Position numbers and translations under genes: made by a program. A stretch of DNA of 64,000 bases from Eukaryota sp. TZLM1-RC (lineage: Eukaryota > Protista > Metamonada: BaSk clade), in assembly GCA_040285825.1 (NCBI GenBank), contig JAUPSS010000004.1, forward strand, positions 3,603,658-3,667,657, read 5' to 3'. Each line of letters opens with the position of its first letter. Within the stretch, counting starts at the first letter, position 1. The notes beneath the pieces are model-generated. The model ran no database searches. It was not told the DNA's origin and saw nothing but the letters and a program-made list of their open reading frames with translations. This document shows positions 11,555 through 24,208 of the stretch, in pieces.

Positions 11555-12352
11555 TCAGTGAACATCTGGTCTAATGTATTCAATGAAATCATAAAGAGTA
11601 ATTCGTTTTTTCATTAATTCTTGATAATAAAAATAATGTTTTTGGTTAATAGAAACAGGTCTTAAATTCATTTTTCTAGAAACAATTTCCCTACAATTAT
11701 TTAAATCCAAAGCTTCCGTGAAATCAACAAAACCAGGAGTTGAAAAATGACAAAGACAGTGGTGGAAAGAAACATTTGGGAAAGTGATTGCAATCAAATT
11801 GACTGATTCTGGGAGATTGGCTTTGAATTGAGTAACGACAGGACCTTTCAAACAAATCAATTCTGGGAAAATTAAAGAAATACTATTAAAGGTTTTAAAT
11901 TTAAATCTTTTGAAAATGAATTTGAAAGGAAATGGTAAATTTTCTTGAACATAAGGACAAGATACCAGGGCTTCAGGAAAAACTGCCAATAAAATCAGCA
12001 AGTGAATACAAGATTTGTGGGTTGAAACATAACAGAGTTCTTTACAGATTTTGTCTTTATCATAACGAATCGAATAAAAACCAAGGCAGAAGAGGACAAT
12101 TCTAGAGTAGCACCTAACAAGGAGGGGGGAACATGAAGGGCAGAAGAGTGATATAAGGGAAAGGGAAAAGAAAAAAATTGATAACAATGTGAGTGAAACA
12201 AGACGAGTAACGGTAAGAGGAAAAGAAGCAATAAGACGGAAAGTTGACACAGTGGAAATTGATTGAAAGGGAAGTAGCATGGTGGAGATTTCAGACGGTG
12301 TTGGGAAAGGATCTAATGTAGGATGTACTATGAATAGAGGATTGAGTGGCAT
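11555..12352 (-). CDS. Lysophospholipid acyltransferase/AUP1-like membrane protein (catalytic HX4D degenerate)
   Basis: N-terminal TM segment, LFCLGFYSI, VSTHKSCIH and IFPE resemble PlsC-fold motifs. Confidence 0.5.
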   Translation of the reverse strand: MPLNPLFIVHPTLDPFPTPSEISTMLLPFQSISTVSTFRLIASFPLTVTRLVSLTLLSIFFFSLSLISLFCPSCSPLLVRCYSRIVLFCLGFYSIRYDKDKICKELCYVSTHKSCIHLLILLAVFPEALVSCPYVQENLPFPFKFIFKRFKFKTFNSISLIFPELICLKGPVVTQFKANLPESVNLIAITFPNVSFHHCLCHFSTPGFVDFTEALDLNNCREIVSRKMNLRPVSINQKHYFYYQELMKKRITLYDFIEYIRPDVH

Positions 12353-12905
12353 GATTCAACGGATGTTTGGTGAAATTCACAGAGGTTACTGATTTAAGCA
12401 ATTTTCATTATCAAATGAATTGGTGAATCGAGAACACATTCCAAAAAACTTAGGACAAATACCTTTACCTCAATCCATTGTTAGAATTATAGTTAAGGTT
12501 AATGCCCCTATCAACAATCAAATTTAATTACCAAACTTTAAGGAATAGATAATTGATGTTGTTCCTACCAATATCACTGAACAAGACTTTCCTTCTTTGA
12601 GATTTATTCATGTGCTGAACCCTATCAAAGTCTCCCCTATGTCCAACAAAACTTATCAATCAAGGTTTAATTAAATCTAATCTAATTTAATTTAAATCTA
12701 ATTTAATTTATATTATATCAAAGACTCGTAAATATTGTCTTCATACACCACCAATGGCGGTTCAACAATGTTTTCTTTCAATACAGAAAACTCTTGACTC
12801 TTGCCAAGTATCTTGGACCATGTATTGGCCTGGCTTGGCATGATTTTCATCAAAAGCTGGAATTCAAAAATCCAGCAGTTGTTTCATTAAATTCAATTGG
12901 GTTGT

Positions 12906-14563
12906 TACAAGCAACTGTATGTTTTAAAGAATTATTTACCAAAATTAGTCTCCGACTTAATTTACTTAAATGTGTTTTGTTATCGAATTCTCCAGTTTCC
13001 ACAGTAATTGATGATATTGAAATTCAAGCCAAATTATATTCAATTGATGCTATTCGTCATTTGGGTTCGTTTTTAGGAAATAATGATGAAATTACCAAAA
13101 AATTGTTTGAAAAGTTGAACTCAATTTCTGACAAAATTGACCGAATGATGAATTTAGATATAAAAAACACATCAAACTTACCATTATAAGACTGTGTTTT
13201 AGTTCCAATTTTAATCATATATTTCGATCTACAAATCCTCTCGTCACTAGACCTTTGGCTCAGAAGTTCAATGAGTTACGTGCAAAAGTTCTGTCTCAAT
13301 TACTGGGATGTAAAATGTTTCAAATTCCAGATCATGCTTACCTTAGTCCACATTATGGCGGTTTAGGGTGGACGAAGGCTTCTATTCTTACCTCGTGTGC
13401 TTTTGTTGGTGCATGCAGAAATGCAATCTTTGAGTTTTCCGAAAGATTTGCAGATTGGGAAGATTTATTGATGACAACGCAAAGTTCCACTGTTTTTGCA
13501 TTAAATGAAGAAATTTCAAAAATTGATGTAGAAAAATGGGGTCGATGTTTTCCCCAATCATTCAATGGCAATATTCCAGAAAAAATGTTTTAAATTTGAA
13601 GTACACTCTTCGAACATTACAGAAACGATCGACTGCAATGTATGAAAAAGATCTTTATAAAAATATATGCAGTTCGACTGTTTTCAATCAAGATCTTCAC
13701 TCATTGCTATTGAAAATGGTGTTTGCCAAAACCAGTCATCGGATTCTTCACTTTTTGTAACCATTGTACCACGAAGATTTGGACTGTGTGCTGACAATGA
13801 AGCGATTGTAACAAAAATTAGATTATATTAGAATATTTCCATTGACCAATTATTATCAAAAGAAAAATGTATTTGTTCGAATTCACCTCAACTCACTTTG
13901 AGCCATGCTCTGTATTGCTCTAAATTGATAACTTATCGTTCTTCATTACATGATGCTGTTAGAGACACTGTTTTTTTTCAATATAGCACAAACTGCAAGA
14001 ATATCGTGTATCAAAGAGCCTCTGCTGAAGGAAACACTTTTTCTGAATAATTTTGGTTCTGATGATAGAGGTGTTGTACACTGTAATTGGATTGATAATT
14101 CTGAAGCTATTGTTGACTTTGTTTCATGTAATGTTGCAAATGATACTTTGGTTCACAGAAGAAAACTTAATCCTGTGACTGCTCTTGATTTTAAAGCAAA
14201 AGAAAAACATAGAAAATATGATAAAGATATTGAAGAAGCTAATGCAGGAAGAAATACACAGCTAGTATTTATTGCTTTTCCATTTTCGATAAACGGAAGA
14301 TTATCAGTTGAAGCAGAAACTTTTTTGAATGACTTCCAAAAAATGGTTCAAGAAAAAAGAATGAAAAGATTTGATATATTTTTATGGCGTTCACGGATTC
14401 AATTTGCCATTATTAATAGATTACCACCGTTTTTCAATCGAATAAGAGAAGCTTTAGCTAGACAGCAAGCAGACCAAGATTTTGTAGAGGAAATCTTGGT
14501 TCAATGATTGTCGTCCCATTAGTTATGAGTTAATTTAATTAAGTGTGCAAATTCAATAAATAC
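12906..14563 (+). mobile_element. 5'-truncated RLE non-LTR retrotransposon, family A, frameshifted
   Basis: RHLGSFLG, GGLG, knuckle and endonuclease motifs. Ends in the family 3' terminus attcaataaatac. Confidence 0.85.
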
Positions 14564-14619
14564 GTTTAGGTTTTTTTATTGGGTTGTCAATATAACCAAT
14601 TTTGATCAAATTCTCGCAT

Positions 14620-15660
14620 TCTTCTTTGAAAGTTGCCCAATATGTTGACATATATATAGGGCGTGTTCAATGTCATTAGAATAAATGGTCTTTATATTTT
14701 GAATTTGAACAATACTATTCTGCTGAGATGATAGGTTAAAATTTCTAATGGTCATCCGTTTAACAAGCAGTTGAAGATCTGCCAGAAAACGTAAAGAAGT
14801 TGGAGCAAGTGACCTAGTTGTGAAACTACATGTGGATACGAATTACATTTTACATAGTGTAGGGGGGAAAATTTAGATAAAGATTCAATATAGCTGTTGA
14901 TTCTGAATTCTGCAACATTTCCAAGATGAATGAAAGGATTAACAGACAGCACATCTACTCACAAAAAGGTTCATCTAACCCAAATGAAATAACATCACCT
15001 CTATTATTCTTATGAAAATCATCTTCACCATCAAAAAGGTTTGGCAATTGAGATTTTAAAAAAGGATTCAATTCTATGAGACTTGCACTAACAATATAAT
15101 TGGCCTCCTACAACATGATAAACCTTGCTTTTAAAGGTAAAACCTTGTTTACAATTGAACAAATGAGAAGTTTAAAAATTTCGACTTCATCCACAAATTC
15201 AGTTATAAAGTAAATGACCAGGGCAGACAAGGGAACGAAGTCTCATATTCAATGTACAGTCAGACTCAGTTAAGAGAGTTCCATAAACTTGAGGAATGAT
15301 TGTTAAAAAAATGGATAAAACACAATTTCACATACCTTGTACAAAAAATGCAAAGACGGGATTATCTAAGCCATGTGTGAAATCAAAATCCAGGTTTTTG
15401 AAATCAAAATTGCTGAGACAAAACATTTCTGAAGCTTTTTCCAACAATGGTTCAAATTGGAAGGAGAGCGGTCCAGATTTGGGCTGGTAATCTTGCAAGC
15501 TCAGAATAAAACTTATTCAGATATGTACTGGAATTGGTCGCTACATTGGTCGGTATTGACAATTTTGAGTACCTCTACGATAAAATTTGTGAATATTTAT
15601 TTTCCTCCACCAAAACAGGGCTGATTGGCACAAAATTTTGGACTTTGTAAGTGCAACACT
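14620..15660 (-). mobile_element. Degraded family B-like non-LTR copy
   Basis: Reverse complement contains gattttcataagaataatagaggtgatgttat as at 57588-57620. Boundaries approximate. Confidence 0.65.
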
Positions 15661-16172
15661 TCCAATGGTTGATAGTTTCTGTTTTACCTCAAATAAGGCA
15701 ATGTTGTATATTTAGTGATTCAAAATAAAGAAAGAGATAAACTTTACTGAACAATCCATTATTCATTGTTATTCCATCTTATTCCTTGTTATCCTTCTTA
15801 TTTGGTAAAAACGGTGAAGAGCTGAACGACATTCGCAGAATGAATAGTGTGTTGATATAAAGACTTTGGCACACCTTTAAACTCCAATTATTTAGCTCAA
15901 CAATTGTATCAGAGACAGTTGGAGTTAGTTTATGTGAGTTTAAATTCAGTTAAAAACTAAGATTGCCCTGATGCTCATTTGCAACAAGTTTTGGTTGGGT
16001 GAAGTGGAATTCATTGGAAGGAAGGGTTAAATAGCATGCCCTCTTAACCCGTCCTGTTCTGATCATTTTTTAAACACTATTCCGATGAAGATTCAGAATT
16101 TTATGTTTCTTCATGTCAATTACATCTTAATGCCTTTTGAACCACTATCAAGATCTCATTCCACTCTGTTCG

Positions 16173-18329
16173 ATGACTGATAGTAAAATCATCAATGTCT
16201 TGATTGCATTGGTACCAGATTATCTACACAACCCTTCTTCAACTGATGTCTCCATCTTCCAATACCCGTCTCTTCCCCAATCTGTTCTCTTGAATTTACA
16301 AATGGTATATTGTCTCGATCTAAGCAGTGTCGATTCTTTGTTCGATATATACAAGTGGTTGCGACAACGACCAGTGCCATGTGGGAATGGTGATAAGGTG
16401 TTTTCCTTATTTGACGAGGATCATCAATTAATTTCGGATTTCCAATCTTTATTCCACCTACGAACGATAAAGGCATTCAGATGGACCTCTGAATTGATTG
16501 ACACTGTTCGTTCCTTCTACTCTAACCCTAACCCCAACCCCAACCCCAACCCCAACCCTTATTTCGATGCCTTTGATTACCATGACATTTTGGAGTCTTT
16601 GACATTGTTAGAGGAACAGCATGCTCTTACGAATGAATTGAATTCGCTTTCTATTTCAAACATAAACTTGGTCCAAAATGTTCTCAAACAAGGTTCAGAA
16701 TCACCAAGACTTTATGAGAAAGTCAACCAAATTCCCACGTTTCATTTCAAACGACTTCTTGAGGCAGTCGTCGCGAGTAATGATGACTTTGGGGTTTTTA
16801 TTGTAAGAGATAAGGATTATAGAAGGTCAATCACAAAGCCGAAAACTGCTAAAATTGAAACTTTAAAACAATCTTTTTTGATTGAATTTCTAAACAACCA
16901 TCATTTTCCAGATGATTGTTCAGTGTCTCTTATTGAAAATCCTTCTGTTCAGAAAGTCAGGAAAGGATCCTCACCTCCAAACTCTATACTTTATGGTGTT
17001 GGAGTCAATCCCCATGAAGCAGTGAGGAATGTCTTGTTTCATTTCCCGGCACTTTGGGTTCTTCAGGATGCAGAATTAGTAAAGAAAAGGTTCAAATTGC
17101 TTACCTCCATAGGTACGGTTGTCACATTGACAAATTTTCACGTAGTTATCGAACAAGACTTAATTACTGACCATTCATTCATCCCAACAACTTGGGAAGC
17201 GTCATTCGACACCTCAATCAATCAAACTGATGGGTGTGGTTTGATTTCTATCGAGCTATTGGAAGATATTCTTTTGAAATATAATTGTATCACTGCTACT
17301 GATTTCACTTTGTCAACTGTTGGTTCTCTTCAGTTTAGGTACCAAGGATTCAAAGGAATGTTAAGCGTTGATCCCAATTTAAAGGGAAGGGTTATCATCA
17401 TGAGAGATTCAATGAAAAAGTTTGAGGAAATGGATATATTGAATGGACTGTTCAATATTTTGAATCTTTCTAAAGTGGAAAAGGGTAATTTTAGCATGTC
17501 TTTGGGAATAATTTTGTTCCAATTACAACTTGATAATGAATTGAGACATATTATCTTTCGAAACTTGAACAAAAACAAAGCCATTCAGTGGGACAAGGGC
17601 AACAAAACCAAACCAAAGTTTAAACTGGATTGTTTGTTCTTCACCAAGGCTGTTGCTGATCGTTATTGGACGAGTAATTCTCGAACAGCTTCATTGAGGG
17701 TGTCCGATGACTTTTCGCTTCCTCCATGCTCGTCTCTCTCTATCAGAAGTAGTTGTATCGTCCGGAAGTGTTTAGTTTTCCGGTATCCTTGCGTTTCCAG
17801 AGCTGACATTTTACCTTTAACCTTCATTGAACGCCATTCGTCCCCAATCAATACAGTGGTGTTTTCTGCTAACCTAACCATCGTCCCTACTGGATACCAT
17901 CTCGCTGGTGGGGACTTTGATGGAGATGATTACTATTTTCTGCATGATAAGTCTGCGGTTGAGTCTGCTTTTGAAAAATTAGGATGCAAGCAGGAGTTTC
18001 AATCTTCATTTGACCATTCCCCTCTTACATGTAACGAGAAACCTAAGCCATCCGAATCTCTAAGTCCTTTTGATAAGTTTGAAGATACAGGACGGTGGTA
18101 CAATTTGATCATGAGTTGTGGCGCTTGGAATGTAGATGATGTCTGTGCCATTTATTACAAAGTACTGGATGGTGCTGCGTTTGATTATGAGGAAAAGGAA
18201 CTCGAAATGAATATTCAACGGCTGATCAGAAAGTCGAACCAAAAAGTTGAACTTAATTCTATTCTTGGATGGATAAATGAGGCACGTTTACAAAGTGGCC
18301 ATTCAAAATTGGACCACATAAGTTGTTAA
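16173..18329 (+). CDS. Eukaryotic RNA-dependent RNA polymerase (RNAi, two-barrel type), compact
   Basis: TDGCGLIS, QFRYQGFKGML, MRDSMKKF, VFRYPC, VVFS and catalytic AGGDFDGDDY. First in-frame ATG at 16173. Confidence 0.88.
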   Translation: MTDSKIINVLIALVPDYLHNPSSTDVSIFQYPSLPQSVLLNLQMVYCLDLSSVDSLFDIYKWLRQRPVPCGNGDKVFSLFDEDHQLISDFQSLFHLRTIKAFRWTSELIDTVRSFYSNPNPNPNPNPNPYFDAFDYHDILESLTLLEEQHALTNELNSLSISNINLVQNVLKQGSESPRLYEKVNQIPTFHFKRLLEAVVASNDDFGVFIVRDKDYRRSITKPKTAKIETLKQSFLIEFLNNHHFPDDCSVSLIENPSVQKVRKGSSPPNSILYGVGVNPHEAVRNVLFHFPALWVLQDAELVKKRFKLLTSIGTVVTLTNFHVVIEQDLITDHSFIPTTWEASFDTSINQTDGCGLISIELLEDILLKYNCITATDFTLSTVGSLQFRYQGFKGMLSVDPNLKGRVIIMRDSMKKFEEMDILNGLFNILNLSKVEKGNFSMSLGIILFQLQLDNELRHIIFRNLNKNKAIQWDKGNKTKPKFKLDCLFFTKAVADRYWTSNSRTASLRVSDDFSLPPCSSLSIRSSCIVRKCLVFRYPCVSRADILPLTFIERHSSPINTVVFSANLTIVPTGYHLAGGDFDGDDYYFLHDKSAVESAFEKLGCKQEFQSSFDHSPLTCNEKPKPSESLSPFDKFEDTGRWYNLIMSCGAWNVDDVCAIYYKVLDGAAFDYEEKELEMNIQRLIRKSNQKVELNSILGWINEARLQSGHSKLDHISC
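16522..16559 (+). repeat. Telomere-like (CTAACC/CCAACC)n tract encoding Asn-Pro repeat
   Basis: ctaaccctaaccccaaccccaaccccaaccccaaccct, translated NPNPNPNPNPNP. Confidence 0.8.
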
Positions 18330-18749
18330 CAAGGCCAAAACTTTAATTTATTGAGTATATAGATGGGAACGCTTAAAAGGTGTTGCTGATGAATGAAAGC
18401 AAGAAATTTTTTATTGTTTAAAGGAAATGGAATTTCGAACTTCATCTACTGTGTTGTATTATGTTGTGGCAAAATGAAGAAAAAGCCACAGTTTTCCACA
18501 GTTTAATATTTGTATCTTTTATTTCATTTTATTTTCATTTCTGTTTTCAAAACATTGAGTTGAAATTCATGTTTCAAATTACAAATTCAACTATGAAGAA
18601 CCTTTTTCTGCAAAAGCAAGCATCCAGCAATAATTACTTTTAATTATTTCGTTTTCCCATCCTGAGGTATATCGCTCCTGATTTTCTTTCAAAATGTTAC
18701 AAGCTTATGTAATCCCTGCTAGTTGAAAATGGTCAAGGAGAGTAACTCT

Positions 18750-19870
18750 GTACTAATGGGTTATAAACAATGGCGAATAGAAACAATACATGACATTGTA
18801 GTTGATTATTGCTAGCAATGGATTTGGTACCAAGGAATTTGGACCAAAATACTTTGGTCAAAATGGTAAAATTTCCAACTTTTCTCCAACAGTTTGGAGA
18901 TTTACCAATAAAGCTAGAAATTTCCTAATTCATATATGATTACAACTAGCACGTCTTCTGGCAACAAAATGAGAAATGATGATGAATCACCTGTCTACAT
19001 TATGCTGGTTGCTGGGTGATTGTAAATCCCTCAGTGGACTGACATAGAAATGATGTAACTAACGAGTGTCTTGTCCAAGACATCCATATGTTTCTGCACT
19101 GTGAGAAATCAGAAAACATTCAATTTGTTCCAACAAATATTATCATTTGTGGCACTTATGGAAATGATGGTTTTGGCGTTGCAAAAAACAGCGTGGACTT
19201 ATCTGAGGAAACAGTCCTGTTGAATACTGATCCAATTGAATGGTGAAAAGGTAACAAAGGTGCTTTTCGAAAAATATATCCTTTGGCTTTGAGTTTTCTA
19301 GCAAGTCCTGTAGCACCAAAAGTTCCAAGTGAATCATTCTTTTCAATCAATGGCTCCATTCACACATCCAAACGTGCCAGAATGTTCTCTCTTTCACTTG
19401 AAAACTTATCTGAGTTGTAACTATGGTTGAAAAAGATCAAATTAAAATCCTCGAGTCTCTGAAGTAAAAAACAGGTATTCGAATCAGTGCTTTATGGTAT
19501 AAATTGTCAGTATAATATGTTTTTCAAAGCTACATAAGAAATACTACAAAGGCTAAGAAAGAAATGAATGTGTTAGCACAAAGCAAAATTGGACTAGTAA
19601 CAGTGTGAATCAACTTTTGATAATGTGTAAATGGCACAAAAGTGGGAATGGACATGGAACTGGTAGACTCAGGTTGAAAAAACCATAAGGTTATTTGCGA
19701 GGATCGAGTATCAAGTGACTTCATGAAGAGTACTTGACCTTCGATGTAATAAACCACAGTGCTCAATAAGAGAGAAGATTGATGTAGGATAACGACCCGG
19801 AATTGGGCACATAAAAGCACTGCTAACCAATATTAAACACATCAAAAGAGTTACAGTCATTTTTGTACAT
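18750..19870 (-). pseudogene. Possible decayed paralog of the LtaS/sulfatase-like gene
   Basis: Broken frames give DKSTLFFATPKPSF, DKTLVSYIISMSVH and EDVLVVIIY in the same order as KVYFSSTDPAF, SLFAWLLTVSTH and TVVVFVGDH of 25957-28329. Weak. Confidence 0.3.
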
Positions 19871-20399
19871 AACGTATGACGAAAGAAACAAACAGTTGTT
19901 AGAATGGAGAGTGTGCGAAATCGGAACGCGAACAGGTCAACATATTCAACCAATTCAGAGCTGATGATTCCCCTAATGTAGAACGTGTTCGGCAGCTTTA
20001 AATACTATGAGGAAGTATGTAGCTTTCGGATTACGTACTTCTAGGACTAATCATGGCAGTTCATAGGCTACGTCTTCGTTGAAGAAACCTCAAACTATGG
20101 CAAGATTGTCCATAAAAGCGTTGTGTTTTATAGACAGAATTTCTTACTTTTGTCATTTGCTCACCATCTTATTTTGAACAACGCACTTCCTCATACATAG
20201 TTTGTCTTGTCATCAAACTCTATGATCAGTCACTTTTCTTGTTTTAATCTTCTTTTTTCAGAGTTACGATTGCTTCATCACCACGTTTTTACAAAAAGTC
20301 GTATTACACATATTTTGGAACCCTAGTAACCTCACTGTTCACGAAGTCGAGTTCTTCTAACAGACTTCTTCCACATGAATTATTATACGTTGGGAAAAG

Positions 20400-22000
20400 A
20401 GTTGTTGTGAATACTTTTCAAAATCACCCAGAACTAGTATTTCAATATTTGGCTAATGATGTCAATGTCCCCTTTATCAATTATGATCAGTCTGGTTTTC
20501 GTTTTTTGGGTTGTTATCTCGGGAATATTGATGAAGTCAAAGGCCAACTTTCGACTCTGTTGACTCAATTTGGAAATGAATTAGAATCAATAGAAAATTT
20601 AAATATTGAGAAACATTTGAAATTCTTTTTCCTAAAAATTTGCTATTCTGAAAATTTACTCATATTTTGAGATCAACATCACCATCAATTTCTTTGGAGT
20701 TTTGTCGCATTTTAATGAACAAAGAACCAATTTTTTAGCAAAAATATTGGAAATTGATGCATCTCAGTTACGAAGCCACATTTTTTGTGGTACAAATTTT
20801 GGTGGTCTTGATTTTCATAAATCAAGCTACCATTGTAAAGCTGCCTTTATTGGAGGTGGAAAGATTTTTATTTATGAATTTGTGAATCGTTTTCCTGAAA
20901 ACAATTCATCTCATTGAAAATTGTGGCAGCTCTTATCTTATTTCTTTGCAACAGAAAATTGAAACTCTTTCACCCAATATTTGGGCTAAATGTTTCCCCT
21001 CTGATATTGTGGAACTTCCTTCAAGAAGCTTTCTCTCCTTACCACTGACTTTTGCAAAATTGCAGAAAAAAACTTGAAAGTTTTAGAAAACTTGGATTAT
21101 ATTGTACGTCTTAGCTTGGCTAAGGAAAACAATCCCGTTCTTGCAAACTTTTTGATTGATCTTGAAGACAGTTGCTCAAGTTGCCTAATCTCCCAAATTC
21201 CCAACATTTATGGCCTTCTACTTAATGATCACCAATGGACCACTGCAATGAGAATGAGATGTTTTCTATGGCCTTGTCCATTACCAAATGATTTAATTTG
21301 TCGCTGCAAGAGTGTTGTTACGCTTTCCCATATTTTAAACTGTAAGTATTTTATAACTTATCGCTCACTTGTTCATGACTCAGTTCGTGATCAATTATAT
21401 GCCATGCGCAAAAGTTTCAATATAGAGGCATTTATTGAGCCACTAGTACGTAAGCTGTCTTCAGATCAAACTGATGATTCCTTTGGTAAAAGAAGGGCAG
21501 ATTTAGTAGCTCCAGGGATCGATGGTGTTCTCAATGTTGTAGATGTTGTCTCAGTTGATGTTTGCAAAAATTCTGCTGCTCGTTTAGTGTATTCAGCTGA
21601 TTCGCCGTTATCTAACGCCGAAAAAAACAAGATAAAAAATATGAAGAACCTTTGGCACAGTTAGGTAGAGTGGAACATGTGAAATATCAGTTTGTGCCGT
21701 TTGCAATTTCACTTTTTGGCAATATTGGACCTTCAGGGTTGCACTTTTTTGAAAATTTTAAAAAAGTGTTACTGAACAGGTCTGGTAAAACAATGAATTC
21801 CACTTTCTGGTTAAATGGAATTGTTTTTTTGCATTTTCAAGTCTATTCCAACAATGATTTCAAAGGCGCTTTTAGCTATTGGTGTAGAATATGAACGTAA
21901 TGCTGTGAGTAGGTTCAGTAATAGTGACGCTTGTTTGGAGGATATTGAATTCCAGATGGGTTTTTTATCTCAATCAATATTCCAGTTTTCTAAAAAAAAC
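20400..22000 (+). mobile_element. 5'-truncated RLE non-LTR retrotransposon, family C
   Basis: FRFLGCYLG, FGGLDF, CRCKSVVTLSHILNC, RRADL...VDVVS...AEKNK, then an A-rich tail. Frameshifted. Confidence 0.85.
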
Positions 22001-22078
22001 AAATTCTAAAGTAATGATTTTTAATTTTAAAGAATGAGCTCATCATAAGCAACATTTATTCACAACAATGAAAGCAAC

Positions 22079-22288
22079 CTACTCTCTTCTACCCTGTTGT
22101 TGCTGAGGCTGTTCAGGCTGACCCTTGCGTTGTTGTTGTTGACCAGGACGCATCTGTTCACCTTGTTGGGGACCTTGACCGGGCTGTTGGGGTTGTTGGC
22201 GTTGTCCCGGTTGCTCTCCCATTTGACCAGGTTGTTGGGGTTGTTGGGGCTGTTTTTGCTGTTGTTGTTCAGGCTCTGTGATTAGCAT
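22079..22288 (-). repeat. Gln/Pro/Gly-rich low-complexity coding remnant
   Basis: QQPQQPGQ repeats. The upstream frame is interrupted by stops. Confidence 0.5.
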
Positions 22289-22602
22289 TCCGTTGCTTGC
22301 ATACGTTGAGGTTGTTGCATTGGAATTGATGACCTTTCAGAGAGCACCATCAAGTTGAATGTTTACCTACAGTGTCTGTAGATGGACATTACAGTACTCT
22401 TTCCCTCATTCGTTTACACTTTGATTCAATGCTGCCAATTGGAAACTGTTGGACCGATTGTTCAGCATTAGCAAAGTGAATGACAAATCTCCGAGATGTT
22501 TTGAGATTAAAGGAGTAATAAACAAATATTAAGATCTATACTTTTCCATACAAAATCAATAAAGGTTAAGAAAAAACATTATTAAATAAATTTATTACAC
22601 AT

Positions 22603-23109
22603 TTAGCACAATTTATCAAAAATATTCTTATAATTAGAAAGAAAACCTTGTAAATCATTTGGAGAAACGTGCAAATTCCAATCAAGAAGTTTAATAAATT
22701 CAACTTCCATAGCATTAAGAATTTCAAGGGAATAAAAAGAATAACCAATAATTCTCCAGCTAGGATTTTGAAAGGTACAATCTTCGCAAAACTTGGAAGC
22801 AAGCATAAAGGCAACAAGGAAACAGCGATGAGCATTAGTGGAAGAATAGCGAAGCTGAGGAAACTTTGCTTGTATTTTTGAAAGATAGTAGAGGGCAACA
22901 AAAGCACATTCCAAAGAGGCTTCTGATTTAGAAACAATTCTTCTAATCCAAACAGGAAAACTGACGGTAGGTTCAGAGCCAAATGATGAGTCACAAGTAT
23001 AGTCCTCCACATCCAAAAGTTGCTCAAGTATGGCAGAACACGTGTAAACAACAGAGGAGAGGGATTCATCGGAAAGAGAAACGGGAGAGGTAGCAGTGAT
23101 ACCAGGCAT
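22603..23109 (-). CDS. PHO80/PCL-type cyclin, copy 2
   Basis: Differs from copy 1 at about six residues. Confidence 0.85.
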   Translation of the reverse strand: MPGITATSPVSLSDESLSSVVYTCSAILEQLLDVEDYTCDSSFGSEPTVSFPVWIRRIVSKSEASLECAFVALYYLSKIQAKFPQLRYSSTNAHRCFLVAFMLASKFCEDCTFQNPSWRIIGYSFYSLEILNAMEVEFIKLLDWNLHVSPNDLQGFLSNYKNIFDKLC

Positions 23110-23416
23110 CAATGATCAGTGGAGAGAAACATCTGGCATGAAGAATCATCGCCATTAGTAGTAGAGGACAAGACAAGATTGATGAGATGTTTGTCATTGA
23201 CAAACATTCCATATGGGGAAACCTTGCCTTCAATTAATGGATGCAACCAGTGTATAATGGCTTGACCTATCTTTTGTGTTGAACTTTCCTTGTTTAAAAA
23301 AGAGATTATCAAAAAACCTCGATGTTGTAAATGGAACCTATAATTTTTTTGATTGACACAATTTTAAAACAGATTTTATTGAAACAAGTGTTGATAAACA
23401 CCTCCTAAAAACAAAA

Positions 23417-23824
23417 TTAAAAATCAGAACGAATTCTCTTAGCCAAGGCCATATCCTTGGGCATAATGGTAACACGTTTAGCATGAATAGCACAGAGATT
23501 GGTGTCTTCAAACAAACCAACAAGGTAAGCTTCAGCAGCTTCTTGAAGAGCAGAGATACCAGAGGCTTGGAATCTTAACTCACCCTTGAACTCTTGGGCA
23601 ATTTCTCTAACCAAACGTTGGAAGGGTAGCTTACGGATCAAGAGTTCAGTGGATTTTTGGTACTTTCTAATTTCACGGAGAGCAACGGTACCAGGACGAT
23701 AACGATGGGGTTTCTTGATACCACCAGTAGCGGGAGCAGCTTTGCGAGCAGCCTTGGTAGCCAAATGCTTTCGTGGAGTCTTGGTGGAGGTAGTCTTGCG
23801 AGAGGTTTGCTTAGTACGGGCCAT
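23417..23824 (-). CDS. H3: Histone H3, copy 2
   Basis: Protein identical to copy 1. Stem-loop at 23387-23402. Confidence 0.98.
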   Translation of the reverse strand: MARTKQTSRKTTSTKTPRKHLATKAARKAAPATGGIKKPHRYRPGTVALREIRKYQKSTELLIRKLPFQRLVREIAQEFKGELRFQASGISALQEAAEAYLVGLFEDTNLCAIHAKRVTIMPKDMALAKRIRSDF

Positions 23825-24208
23825 TAGTGTAGATCAGGATTATGTCATTCTGCATTGTAATTGAGCAGAAATTCAGAGCAGGGAAAATGTCTTGCAAGAA
23901 TCAATTGTCATTTGCTTTTGTTGGATGATTCGTTTTTGGTGGTTTGGTTGTGTAGACCTAGGGCTTTGTTGTCACTCTTCATTAGATGTGCACTTAATTC
24001 TTTTTCTATATGGAACTATTGAAATATTCAATGTGGGTTCTGTTTAGGAACAACAGGTTTAGCAAATCCCAATTTGATTGAACAATTGTCATTTGTATTT
24101 TCTCCAAAACTTCAATCCAGATGGAAACATCAATAAAACATTTTAAATCAAAATACACAAAAAAACAAATTTATCCAGTGTTGAAAAACACCATCAAATA
24201 CCACAAAT

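Noticed and set aside
16021-16052. piggyBac-like ends (AGGGTTAA / TTAACCC)
   Set aside because: No matching partner TIR or transposase found.
19958-20045. Hammerhead ribozyme or telomerase template (CTGATGA; CCCCTAA)
   Set aside because: No GAAA closing stem II, and only one repeat unit of template.
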